A program made the position numbers and the translations under genes. This document shows, one piece after another, positions 17,583 to 27,271 of a DNA stretch of 32,000 nt. The notes beneath the pieces are model-generated. The model made no database searches. It was given only the letters and a program-made list of their open reading frames with translations, and had not been told where the DNA came from. Every line of letters starts with the position of its first letter. The first letter of the stretch is position 1. The DNA is from Candidatus Thorarchaeota archaeon. GTDB lineage: Archaea; Asgardarchaeota; Heimdallarchaeia; Hodarchaeales; Hodarchaeaceae. Location of the stretch: assembly GCA_048882505.1 (NCBI GenBank), contig JBHLRO010000002.1, positions 180,001-212,000 of the forward strand, read 5' to 3'.

Positions 17583-18197
17583 TTACTGCACATTATTCCT
17601 TATGTGGCGATAATTACTAGCCCCAATGAAATGAGCGATTCGTAAGGCTTCTGGAATGGTTCCAATAGCCGTGCACTTTTCGGTCAACAATATTGCATCC
17701 TTTCTATGTATTCCAGCTACTTGAAGAAAGATCAACGGATCCTTTTGGATCTGTATCGGGTTTCCAGCACGTTTAATGCTTATCCAGCGTTGTTCTGCGT
17801 CAGGAAAAGTTCTCTCAAGGGCCTCCCTAATCCGAGGGTAATCGGGATATTTCCGGAGGAGGACAACAACCGGAATCTCCGTAAGACGATATAGCTGATC
17901 AATGTCAATTACACCAAACCCTCCAACCGTGATTCCCTGGAGAAAGATGGCCTGGAGCTGGGGTTTATGAGAGGACTTCAGAATCATTTCGCTGATTTTA
18001 TATGTAGCCTCCGAATCATCCCGTTGAATTTGGCATTGTATGATACCATCGACATAGGCACGTCCCTTCATAATAACACCAAACACCGGAACTTCCAGAT
18101 ATTCTTGAGGATCAAATCGGTCAAAGCCACCATCATCGATTCCAATTATAGGGGTCTTCGATTTTACGATCCGCCAGCGTTTGAGTGGTTTTGACAC
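17583..18197 (-). CDS. DUF99 family protein (endonuclease V-like / endonuclease dU)
   Basis: IIGIDDGGF, GITVGGFGVID and PEALRIAH motifs. Confidence 0.88.
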   Translation of the reverse strand: MSKPLKRWRIVKSKTPIIGIDDGGFDRFDPQEYLEVPVFGVIMKGRAYVDGIIQCQIQRDDSEATYKISEMILKSSHKPQLQAIFLQGITVGGFGVIDIDQLYRLTEIPVVVLLRKYPDYPRIREALERTFPDAEQRWISIKRAGNPIQIQKDPLIFLQVAGIHRKDAILLTEKCTAIGTIPEALRIAHFIGASNYRHIRNNVQ

Positions 18198-18453
18198 CTA
18201 GCTATCAACTTCTGTGTTCGTTTTGTCGAGACAGGCAGGTCACGGTCTCGATATTCAATCTGTTGTTTTCAAATTGTACGAACTAAAAAATGCTGTCTGG
18301 TTGTGAAATTGAAGCATGATGGTTTTCTCCGGACTAATCGCGCGTGCTCTAGACAAAAAAGGGGAGGAGGGGGAGGATACCGTCTATATTGTCTTGATAT
18401 TCCTCTGTATTATCATAGCGACATTCTCATAATTTGGCCGAACTACAGTATAG

Positions 18454-18633
18454 CTAGAATGAGTCCCGGGAATGAGATATCAGAGTTCCCTGAAGGCTCC
18501 AGAGCTCATCTTTCAACATATCCCGAATGGCAAAACGGATGGCTTCACTGCGATTCGGATAACGACCAGAGCGAACTAGTTCGTCTAGTCCTTGTACAGC
18601 TTCCGGTGGTAGGTGGACCGTGATCAGTCTCAT
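18454..18633 (-). CDS. Small ribbon-helix-helix transcription factor, CdrS/aCcr1-like
   Basis: MRLITVHLP...GLDELVRSGRYPNRSEAIRFAIRDML is the signature of the conserved archaeal CdrS/aCcr1 RHH family. GGAG RBS upstream of ATG 18633; alternative start at 18663. Confidence 0.85.
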   Translation of the reverse strand: MRLITVHLPPEAVQGLDELVRSGRYPNRSEAIRFAIRDMLKDELWSLQGTLISHSRDSF

Positions 18634-18692
18634 GTAATTTACATCTCCAGTAGGATCTGACATTCATGATAATTCTATTTTTTTAATAAAGG

Positions 18693-18773
18693 GATATTAT
18701 CAACGTATTACGTTCATCGCTGGATATTACGGAAGTAATACATCTCCCAAGAGATATTACGGAAGTAATACAT
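18693..18773. promoter_or_regulatory. Three palindromic putative operator sites TATTAC-N4-GTAATA with an exact 30-bp period
   Basis: GATATTACGGAAGTAATACAT is identical at 18723-18743 and 18753-18773. A degenerate copy GATATTATCAACGTATTAC starts at 18693. The sites lie just upstream of an AT-rich TATA-like element (about 18680-18690) of the RHH gene. Confidence 0.7.
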
Positions 18774-19612
18774 TGCGGCATATTTCCAAACATATCTCAG
18801 GATCAAAAAAAGCATCGTTTTTTAATTCACCCTGCTTCGTTGAGGTTCTTATGGTGTGAACGGAGATGATTCGACTCAAAGATCGTTTTGGAGATTCTAA
18901 ATCACTGGTCTCTTTCTTTAAGGCATTGTTGTGATGATTACTGAGAAAAGTTACATTACAACCAGTAAACATTTCATCTCCTCCTATAAATGACACATGA
19001 ACACCACTGATCAGTTTGTTATAGTATTTCACATGAGTTATAAGAAATAATAATTTGACAAAGCAGATACGAATCTTTTTAATACCACCCTTCTAATCTA
19101 GGGGTGTAAAACTAGACACTCTTGAAACATCCCCCTTTATTATCCCGTATCCTTTGGTAACAGTCCAAAGATATGTTCAAAGATCGAAAAAAAACCTGGT
19201 GACTCCAATAAACGTCTTCATACCAGTTATTGGCGCGATAAAGGTAGGAGGTATGATGATTCCTCACGTTAAAATATAAAGGAACTATCTCGATCTGTAA
19301 GGATTTGATTTGTGGGTACTTCGCTCCTATTTGGCCAATAAGTGACTATTGAAAAATCTAATGGATTTTGTCGGATTTTCCCGTCGCTGTGAACCCCACA
19401 GGAGAACCTAAATAAACGCTATAGTGATACCATGAAGTATTGTCTAAAAGGGATAGATCTTCTCGTGAGAGGATTAATTATTGGGTTTTGAAGTAACTTT
19501 TCCATATAACGAGATGACATCCTCCGAATTAAGGGGGCCGAGACATACGATCTCTTCATCCTCTTAACCGACAAAATCCCGCCCTCAAAAGCATCAAGTA
19601 AAGTGACTAATC

Positions 19613-21973
19613 ATGACTGCTATATCAACCGCCACAGAGAAAAAACCAGACGAAGAACTTGTTTTGACACCTAATGCCAAAATTGTCCTCGAAAAACGGT
19701 ATCTCCTGCAAAACGAGCGGGGAGAAATTATTGAAACTCCTGGCCAACTATTCCGTCGAGTTGCGCGGGCAATTGCCGTAGTAGAGGCCCAGTATGGGGG
19801 AAATCCTGCGGAGTATGAAGAACAATTTTATGATATGATCGCCAGATTGGAATTTCTTCCTAATTCCCCCACCTTGATGAACGCGGGAACAGCCATCAAT
19901 CAACTTTCAGCCTGTTTTGTACTTCCAGTTGAAGATGACATGGATAGCATATTTAATGCAATCAAGAATGCTGCTATCATTCACAAATCTGGTGGAGGAA
20001 CTGGATTTTCTTTCTCGCGGCTTCGTCCTGCGAACGATAAAGTCCAAACCACGGGTGGAGTAGCTAGTGGCCCCATTTCGTTTATGACAGTTTTCAATTC
20101 GGCTACTGAAATCATTAAACAAGGAGGACGCCGACGGGGCGCGAATATGGGTGTTTTACGAGTAGATCATCCAGATATTCTTGATTTTATTGAATGTAAG
20201 ACTGATTTAACAGCTCTAAATAATTTCAATATATCAGTCGGTGTCACCGAAGAATTTATGGAAGCTGTTCGCAACGACACTGATTATCCATTGATTAATC
20301 CCCGAAATAACCAAGAAGTGGTAAGGTTGCAGGCCCGTCATGTGTTTGAAAAGATTGTGAAGATGGCGCATGCCACGGGAGAACCTGGAATCATTTTTCT
20401 CGATCAAATCAATGCAGCAAATCCAACTCCCCAAATAGGTCTCATTGAATCGACTAATCCGTGTGGAGAACAACCCTTGCTCCCCTTGGAGTCGTGTAAT
20501 CTAGGTTCGATTAATCTGGGGCGAATGCTTAAACAGGATGCCTTGAATGCTAGCAAGTATGAGATTGATTTCGAAAAGCTCGAACGTACAGTCTCACTAT
20601 CAGTTCGTTTTCTTGATAATGTAGTCGACGCTTCAACTTTTCCGTTAGATGAAATCGGTGAAATGACACGTGCCAACCGTAAAATCGGCCTTGGGGTTAT
20701 GGGATTTGCTGATCTTTTAATCAGACTGGGTATCCCGTATGATTCAGAAGAGGGCCGAGGAATTGGCAAACGTCTGATGAAATTCATTCATACGGCCGCA
20801 CTTCGCGAGTCCCAACAGCTGGCACAGGAACGTGGATCATTCCCAAATTTTAAGAATAGTATTTTTGCAGAAAAGTATTCTGGTTTACGTAATGCAACCT
20901 TAACTACTGTAGCACCCACAGGTACCCTTTCTATCATTGCAGGGTGTTCTAGTGGAATTGAACCATTGTTTATGCTCACATATGAACGACGAGTTTTGGA
21001 TGACGACATTCTTGTTGAGGGTTATCCTTTCTTTGTAGAGACAGCTAAAAAGCGGGGATTCTTCTCTTCAGACCTAATGGCAAAGGTAGCAAAGACGGGC
21101 TCTATTGCGAATCTCGCTGAGCTCCCCGAAGACGTACGGAAAGTTTTTGTCACTTCTCATGACATTTCTCCAGAAGCGCATGTAAAAATGCAAGCCGTTT
21201 TTCAAACATCTGGCGTAGATAGCGCTGTTAGTAAAACTATAAACTTTCCTGAATCTGCCACCGAAGCCGAAATAGAAGAGGCCTACTTACTCGCCCACCA
21301 ACTGGGATGTAAGGGCATCACCGTTTATCGATCCGGCTCCCGCACTTATGATGTGCTATCGAAAAAAGGGACGAATGCCACCGAAACCGTCGAAAGAGCT
21401 CCTACGATTGAAACACCGCTGCCAATCGCTAAAAAGAAACCGCGATATCGTCCCGATGTTACACGAGGAATTACCGAGCGGCTTCGCGTAGGTTGTGGTA
21501 CCAATCTTTTCATCACTATGAATGAAGAAGACGAAGAAGGGCTTACAGAGGTATTCTTATCTCTTGGAAAGTCAGGGGGGTGTGTTGCCTCACATGTCGA
21601 AGCCCTAGGCCGTATGATTTCCCTTGCTTTACGGAGTCGGATTGAACCTGAAGAGATCGTCCTACAGTTGAAATCGATCCGCTGCCCTAGTCCCACATTT
21701 GGCTCGGATGGTCCAATCCTTTCGTGTGCAGATGGAGTAGCAAAATCCGTAGAACGATTTCTTGCACAATACAGTACCAACGGGAACCACAAGAACCGTT
21801 CAATCACAACCCAGTCGATACCTCAACTGACACCAAAGGAACAAAATGAAGCTGTGTACCTCACACATAGCACTGCAGGGCTTCGTCCAGAATGTCCAGA
21901 ATGCGGTAACATTGTCGAGCACGGTGAAGGCTGCGTGTTGTGTCGGGTTTGTGGATATTCTAAGTGTGGATAG
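19613..21973 (+). CDS. nrdJ: Adenosylcobalamin-dependent (class II) ribonucleotide reductase with TSCPD domain and C-terminal zinc ribbon
   Basis: NSPTLMNAG, LSACF, GGGTG, RRGANM, TNPCGEQPL (thiyl Cys), SCNLGS and APTGT motifs. C-terminal CPEC...CVLCRVCGYSKCG; no ATP cone. Confidence 0.95.
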   Translation: MTAISTATEKKPDEELVLTPNAKIVLEKRYLLQNERGEIIETPGQLFRRVARAIAVVEAQYGGNPAEYEEQFYDMIARLEFLPNSPTLMNAGTAINQLSACFVLPVEDDMDSIFNAIKNAAIIHKSGGGTGFSFSRLRPANDKVQTTGGVASGPISFMTVFNSATEIIKQGGRRRGANMGVLRVDHPDILDFIECKTDLTALNNFNISVGVTEEFMEAVRNDTDYPLINPRNNQEVVRLQARHVFEKIVKMAHATGEPGIIFLDQINAANPTPQIGLIESTNPCGEQPLLPLESCNLGSINLGRMLKQDALNASKYEIDFEKLERTVSLSVRFLDNVVDASTFPLDEIGEMTRANRKIGLGVMGFADLLIRLGIPYDSEEGRGIGKRLMKFIHTAALRESQQLAQERGSFPNFKNSIFAEKYSGLRNATLTTVAPTGTLSIIAGCSSGIEPLFMLTYERRVLDDDILVEGYPFFVETAKKRGFFSSDLMAKVAKTGSIANLAELPEDVRKVFVTSHDISPEAHVKMQAVFQTSGVDSAVSKTINFPESATEAEIEEAYLLAHQLGCKGITVYRSGSRTYDVLSKKGTNATETVERAPTIETPLPIAKKKPRYRPDVTRGITERLRVGCGTNLFITMNEEDEEGLTEVFLSLGKSGGCVASHVEALGRMISLALRSRIEPEEIVLQLKSIRCPSPTFGSDGPILSCADGVAKSVERFLAQYSTNGNHKNRSITTQSIPQLTPKEQNEAVYLTHSTAGLRPECPECGNIVEHGEGCVLCRVCGYSKCG

Positions 21974-22027
21974 AGTCTTCTAGTACAATTATACATAGAA
22001 AAAGGGCCTGGTTCCTGTTCAGTTTTT

Positions 22028-22681
22028 TCACGGATTTCCATCAACGATTTTTTGGTTTGGTTTTTCACAGACAAGGAACTTCAATATGTCTGTTTTGGTT
22101 AGGTTCTGGTCTTTCAAGATTAGTACGTTCTCTTGCTTCAGAATCTCAAGCGTATCGCGATCGATATTAAAACCAAAAATCCCTCTCGTAAATGGATTGG
22201 CAATTTTTTGGAGGTATGCAATGAGAGACATTTTGCTTAACACGTGTTCTAGTAGAATTAAGCGTCCTCTGGACCTTAGTACCCGGAGCATCTCCTGAAT
22301 TGCATTAGCAGGATTAGGAACAGAACATAAAACAAAGGTACACAAAACGATATTAAAGGTTTCATCCTTAAACGATAGTTCCTCCGCATCCATCAGTTTT
22401 AGCTCAATCTTATTTCCGTGAAAAGAAGAAATCTTCTGTTTGGCCTTCTTCAGCATATTAGGACTAATATCCACCCCTATAACTTGGGTATGGGACTGAT
22501 AATATTGTATGTTTTTGCCTGTACCTACTCCCACCTCAAGTATTTTCCCCTTCAGTGCTCCAATGATAAGGCTCCTTAGGTCTCTGAAGACCATCTGTTC
22601 CATTGGTTGTTCAAACTTATCATAAAATCTTGAATACCAATCATATCTTTTACGGACACTACTTATATTCATATTTAACAC
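22028..22681 (-). CDS. Class I SAM-dependent methyltransferase (type 11)
   Basis: ILEVGVGTG, GVDIS, MDAEEL and FVLCSVP..RVLR.RG..ILLEH motifs. Confidence 0.92.
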   Translation of the reverse strand: MLNMNISSVRKRYDWYSRFYDKFEQPMEQMVFRDLRSLIIGALKGKILEVGVGTGKNIQYYQSHTQVIGVDISPNMLKKAKQKISSFHGNKIELKLMDAEELSFKDETFNIVLCTFVLCSVPNPANAIQEMLRVLRSRGRLILLEHVLSKMSLIAYLQKIANPFTRGIFGFNIDRDTLEILKQENVLILKDQNLTKTDILKFLVCEKPNQKIVDGNP

Positions 22682-22708
22682 TGAGTTCTTTATTGAAAGA
22701 ACAAAAAG

Positions 22709-25111
22709 TCAAAGTTTTTGCCTCCTTAACAAGAGCGCGTTGATGACAACAATGATAGAGCTGGCAGCCATTGCCAAAGCGCCCCATTCAGGACGTAAAA
22801 AGATTCCAAGCGGTGCTAACAATCCCGCCGCAATGGGAATGGCGATAGTATTGTAACCCGTTGCCCAAACGAGATTTTCTTTCATTTTTCGGGTTGTCGC
22901 CTGACTGAGGGATATTAATTTGGCTATATCGAAAGGATTGTTTTTGATAAGTACAACATCTGCAGATTCCACGGCCACATCTGTTCCCGCACCAATTGCA
23001 ATACCAATATTCGCCTGTGTCAGTGCAGGAGCATCATTAACTCCATCGCCCACCATTGCAACCGACATTCCTTGGTTTTGGAGTTCTTTGACTTTTGTTG
23101 CTTTATCACCGGGTAATAATTCCGCAAAATAATAATCTAGGCCTAATTGATCAGCAACATACTTGGCGACTTTCTCATTGTCCCCTGTAAACATAGCAGT
23201 CTTAACTCCCATGCGTTGTAAAGCTCCAATCGCTTGAAATGACTCTTTACGGATAATGTCCGCTAATGCAATAATTCCCTTTAGACGGTTCTCGGACGCA
23301 AGCAAAACAACCGTTTTACCTTGCGCAGATAAAGCGTTTACATTTTTTTCATATTCTCTTAGTTCTATTTGGAGCTCATTCATCAATCGTGAGTTACCAA
23401 TGTGAAGGGTTTGGTTCTCCAATTGAGCTGTTGCTCCCTTTCCTGTGATACTTTGAAAATTGGATACACTGGGAAGGGACAAGCCTTCCTCTTCTGCTTT
23501 CTTAACGATACCCTGGGCAATGGTGTGCTCAGAATTTTGTTCTAGAGCGGCGGCCTTCGTTAGTAAGGTTGCTTCATCCCAGTCATCCGTCAAAATAATA
23601 TCTGATACCCCAAATTCACCTAAGGTCAAGGTTCCCGTTTTATCAAATACAATTGTGTCGATTTTTCGTGCATCCTCAAATGTGTTCCCTGTTTTGATCA
23701 ACATTCCTGATTTGGCCGCCAAATTGGTGGCGATTGAAGTCACAGTCGGAATCGCTAATCCTAATGCATGTGGACAGGCAATTACAATGACCGTAATTGT
23801 TAGAGTTAAGGCAAACGCTAAGTCTGCCCCCATCAGTACCCACCAAAAGACAAATGTTAAGGAACCCACGCCTAACGCTGCTATGGTTAGATAATTAGCT
23901 GCCCGATCAGCAAGTTTTTGGCTCTGTGGTTTGGAGCTTTGAGCTTCGCGAACCATTCGAGAAATTTGGGAAAGAGTCGTATCAGCACCTGTTTTTGTTA
24001 CCTGCACACGTAATGATCCTTGTCCATTTATGGTTCCCCCTATAACATTATCTTTTACGCCTTTTGGTACAGGTACTGACTCTCCCGTGATCATGGCCTC
24101 ATTAACAGAACTTCGTCCTTCTAAAATTACGCCATCAGTTGGAATACTCTCTCCAGGTTTCACTAAGATGATATCATCGACTTTTAGAGTATGCGTTAAC
24201 ACTTCTATTATATTTTCCCCTTTTACCATATTGGCTTGCGAGGGAACGAGCTTGACTAGTTCAGATAATGCGCCTGAAGCGCCAGTAACTGCTCTCATCT
24301 CCATCCAATGGCCAAAGAGAAGAAATACTACGAGAGTAGAAATTTCCCAATAAAAATCCGGGGCTTCAGAGAGGAAGGGAAGAAATGTGGTTCCAAGAGA
24401 ATACAAATAGGCAGCAATGACTGCAACCGAGACCAATACCATCATATCAGCCTGGCGATTCTTGAGTGATTTCTTGGCTCCTAGATAGAAAGGAAGGCCT
24501 CCATAAAATACAATAATACTGGAGAATGCCAATAACAACAGTTCGTTAAAAAATTCATTATCCAAGAATGTTGGGAGGGTCACCCCAAGCCAGGTTTGAA
24601 TTGTGGGAGATAACAATAGCACGGGGATGGTCACGATTCCGGTAATGAAAAAGCGGGTCCGCATATCTTTGGCCATCATTCGATGGTGCATTGATGGATC
24701 CATCCCCGCATGATCCATGTCTCTATGAGCCGTCCCTTCATGATCCATTTCGTGACCCATGGATTTTCGATCGGCAGGTTCAGCAGGATGATGCCCCATT
24801 TCCATCTTATGTATAGGGGATATAGAAGAGCATTCATACCCACATTGTGCTAAGATTTTCTTTATTTCATTAGATGAAATATTCTGACTATCATACCTTA
24901 CATTGATAGTATGTGCCAACGTGTTTACATGAACTTCGACGATGTGTTGACTTTTATTCTTGAGAACATCCTCGATGTGACAGGAACAATCAGGCCCCAT
25001 ATATACTTCTGAGGCGAACATTTCTGATATATATCGTTGATTCTGGTTCTTAAGATCCTTCTCGGAAAGTGTTGAATCTGAATTCACGGCGAAAAAATCT
25101 CCTACTATCAA
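22709..25111 (-). CDS. copB: Copper-exporting P1B-type ATPase, CopB (P1B-3)-like
   Basis: CPHALG in TM6, DKTGT, TGES, SEH, GDGVND, YN and MAASS motifs. His/Met-rich N-terminal linker plus an HMA-like domain. Exact start uncertain. Confidence 0.9.
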   Translation of the reverse strand: MIVGDFFAVNSDSTLSEKDLKNQNQRYISEMFASEVYMGPDCSCHIEDVLKNKSQHIVEVHVNTLAHTINVRYDSQNISSNEIKKILAQCGYECSSISPIHKMEMGHHPAEPADRKSMGHEMDHEGTAHRDMDHAGMDPSMHHRMMAKDMRTRFFITGIVTIPVLLLSPTIQTWLGVTLPTFLDNEFFNELLLLAFSSIIVFYGGLPFYLGAKKSLKNRQADMMVLVSVAVIAAYLYSLGTTFLPFLSEAPDFYWEISTLVVFLLFGHWMEMRAVTGASGALSELVKLVPSQANMVKGENIIEVLTHTLKVDDIILVKPGESIPTDGVILEGRSSVNEAMITGESVPVPKGVKDNVIGGTINGQGSLRVQVTKTGADTTLSQISRMVREAQSSKPQSQKLADRAANYLTIAALGVGSLTFVFWWVLMGADLAFALTLTITVIVIACPHALGLAIPTVTSIATNLAAKSGMLIKTGNTFEDARKIDTIVFDKTGTLTLGEFGVSDIILTDDWDEATLLTKAAALEQNSEHTIAQGIVKKAEEEGLSLPSVSNFQSITGKGATAQLENQTLHIGNSRLMNELQIELREYEKNVNALSAQGKTVVLLASENRLKGIIALADIIRKESFQAIGALQRMGVKTAMFTGDNEKVAKYVADQLGLDYYFAELLPGDKATKVKELQNQGMSVAMVGDGVNDAPALTQANIGIAIGAGTDVAVESADVVLIKNNPFDIAKLISLSQATTRKMKENLVWATGYNTIAIPIAAGLLAPLGIFLRPEWGALAMAASSIIVVINALLLRRQKL

Positions 25112-25157
25112 TGTAAGGCGATATTAGTCATTCATTTGTTTTGTATTTTGCCCTTAA

Positions 25158-25613
25158 CTAGATTTGCTTACCTGCCTTCACTGGACTTCCACATTTCGGA
25201 CAGAAGCTATCGGTTGCCTCAAGCTTGGCACCACAGACCTCGCAAAAGTTTGTACCATAGCGTGAAATGGGCGTGCGCTCAATGGGAGGGGCATATTGAA
25301 CTTTTGTTGAAGAACCGTATGAGACGGGTTGAGGTTCACTAGGATAACTTCTGCCTACAGGGGCTGGATGTTCCGCAGCTCTAAAAATGAGGTACAGGAT
25401 GATACCCATCCCCATAGTAAAGAAAATCACAATTATCCATAACGCTACATTCTCATCTCGATGATTTGCATCTCGATAGACCCAGATAGCGAGCAGGGGT
25501 AACAATATCATCATGCCAATCATCAAAATCAACATTGCGCCTGGGTTTTCGAAGATCCCAAAGATTCCGTGATCTTCTCCATTATGAAATACATTCTGAA
25601 CATCAAGTATCAA
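25158..25613 (-). CDS. Small membrane protein (PLDc_N-like two-TM hairpin) with C-terminal zinc ribbon
   Basis: LAIWVYRDA.HR...LWIIVIFF..GIILYLIFR, a Pro-rich linker and FCEVCG...FCPKCG. Confidence 0.8.
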   Translation of the reverse strand: MILDVQNVFHNGEDHGIFGIFENPGAMLILMIGMMILLPLLAIWVYRDANHRDENVALWIIVIFFTMGMGIILYLIFRAAEHPAPVGRSYPSEPQPVSYGSSTKVQYAPPIERTPISRYGTNFCEVCGAKLEATDSFCPKCGSPVKAGKQI

Positions 25614-26434
25614 TTAGAAAGACCTCCTTTTTTTTCGATAGTTTTTTTTTACTTTCTATTTACGGAAAAACGTACGTTTTAACCTCGCAAGCAACAGGTG
25701 TTCCGACAAGTCAGCTTTCAGATCCGTTGTTTTCATCTTTCTACGTTTTTTGAAATAAGTACGTAGGACATGATTCGGGGAGTCCATAACACTGATACTT
25801 TTGTTTATTTTATAGATTGGGGGTTCCTAAGCGAGATTTTCGATACGTTAAACCAAAATCTGGCCGCTCCACCATTTCCTTTTTCTATGCCGCTTTAAAA
25901 ATTAAAGTGGCTATGGTGAAACCTGAAAAAGAAGTCCATTTTTCTTCCCATGATGTTCTAATTTTGCATTCGAGGGACTTGTATCCTCCAATGAGAAATA
26001 GGTTGCAGGTAATGATCGCCTGTAAGCTTACTATCCACGAAGTATTCGTTTGAAGTGAGGTACGCCCAATATGTGAATAGGTTCATACCCAGGCGTAACG
26101 ATCAATTCTGGATCATAGTAGCGGTGAAAATAGTTTGGGTTTTCTAGGAAACTGGCTTCAATGCCACCTAGAACTAGGATCAAATAGAGAACAAAATCCT
26201 TTGAGTCATGAAGCTACGCAGGAACTTGTAAAATCGTTGGAAAAAATGTGGCTTCCACAAAAAGCATAAGCCCATCGCCTCCAGAATCAGTTTACCCTTA
26301 TCTATCACTATCCTTAATCGGCATTCTGACTGTAAAATGTTGCAACTGCAGCGACTTGATTTAGAAAATGTGAAGCTCTTCTATCGGTATGATGGATTAA
26401 GTTTGAAATTGGAGTATTATATTTACTTAATTCA

Positions 26435-26530
26435 TATATAGACAAGTTTATAATGGTCTGACAAAGGCTTATGATTCGTTCCTAAAATATCTCTTTTATT
26501 AAATTCTTTATTACTATATAGACAAGTCTA
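26435..26530. promoter_or_regulatory. Paired 13-bp sites TATATAGACAAGT, 80 bp apart; the second extends to the inverted repeat TAGAC-AA-GTCTA
   Basis: Copies at 26435-26447 and 26515-26527, in AT-rich DNA upstream of the wHTH gene at 26558. Confidence 0.55.
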
Positions 26531-26557
26531 AGTGCCTTTTCAATATGTACCGAGTGG

Positions 26558-27268
26558 TTGACAATGCCCAAAGGTTTTGGCGGAGATTCCGAGGTAACCG
26601 ATTTTCAACTCATTTCTAGATTGGAACGGCTAACTCACCCTGTGACCGTAAGAAACCTTGCAACTCGACTGGAATGGTCGCGGGGAAAGGTAGATGGGGC
26701 CCTCACCCGTAGGCAAGATCAGGTAGCGGTTGTGAAGGTTTCATCTCCCAAGGGACAATCTCGGCGCTTCGTGGGTCTCCCTAATCAACCATATTGGCGA
26801 GAATTTTATGAACAGAAGATCGAAAAAGAACAAAACATCATTGTGAATGATTCACAGGGAGTTTGCAGTGATTACACTCGTTCAGGAAGCTCATTGGATG
26901 ATTCGAGGCTCTTCGACTATCAACAATCCGTACAAAACCTAACTACAAGGCTAAAAGAGAAAAACATCTACATAGAGAATTTAGAAAAACAGCTAGCTGA
27001 AATCCAAGTCTTCGATCCGCAACTATTAGATATTATTAATCAGAATATGCCAGCAATCAACAAGGCCGCACTTCGACGTAACATCACTCCTAGTGAACTT
27101 CTTGAAGCTGGTGTTCGCTATTTTATCAATCCATCCTTTGAAGCCCTTGTAAAAATGGTAGCTATTATAATTGATGATTCAAAGAAGGGAACAGATTCGT
27201 TCGAGGGAATGGCCGCGCGCTCTATTATGAAAAGGGCGGGATTGGAAATTCCAGATCGTGGTGAGTAG
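26558..27268 (+). CDS. Winged-helix, coiled-coil and helical C-terminal domain protein of unknown function
   Basis: LISRLERLTHPVTVRNLATRLEWSRGKVDGAL is an HTH pattern followed by a beta-wing. Heptads YQQSVQNLTTRLKEKNIYIENLEKQLAEI. TTG start after GAGTGG. Confidence 0.75.
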   Translation: MTMPKGFGGDSEVTDFQLISRLERLTHPVTVRNLATRLEWSRGKVDGALTRRQDQVAVVKVSSPKGQSRRFVGLPNQPYWREFYEQKIEKEQNIIVNDSQGVCSDYTRSGSSLDDSRLFDYQQSVQNLTTRLKEKNIYIENLEKQLAEIQVFDPQLLDIINQNMPAINKAALRRNITPSELLEAGVRYFINPSFEALVKMVAIIIDDSKKGTDSFEGMAARSIMKRAGLEIPDRGE

Positions 27269-27271
27269 TAA

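Noticed and set aside
18693-18773. Mini-CRISPR interpretation of the 30-bp-period repeats
   Set aside because: Repeats of 21 nt with only 9-nt spacers, two perfect copies and no cas genes. An operator array explains it better.
18757-19032. 91-aa minus-strand ORF, with a GGAGG before an internal ATG
   Set aside because: No recognisable motif, atypical composition, and it runs into the operator repeats. It cannot be supported without expression data.
19311-19409. Possible cobalamin riboswitch upstream of B12-dependent nrdJ (CCCGTCGCTGTGAA and CAGGAGAACCT resemble B12-element motifs)
   Set aside because: The GGGAA and GCCACTG/GGGAAG core elements are missing and the spacing is too short. Only an Infernal hit to Cobalamin/AdoCbl models would revive it.
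8140-24353. Numerous short antisense or overlapping ORFs in the track (e.g. 10132-10563, 20404-20787, 21346-21807, 23460-23894)
   Set aside because: They lie wholly within well-supported genes on the opposite strand and show no motifs, as expected for shadow ORFs.
25817-26270. 78-aa ORF and adjacent short frames, possibly a decayed gene
   Set aside because: No family motif could be recognised in any frame, so neither a CDS nor a pseudogene call is supportable.
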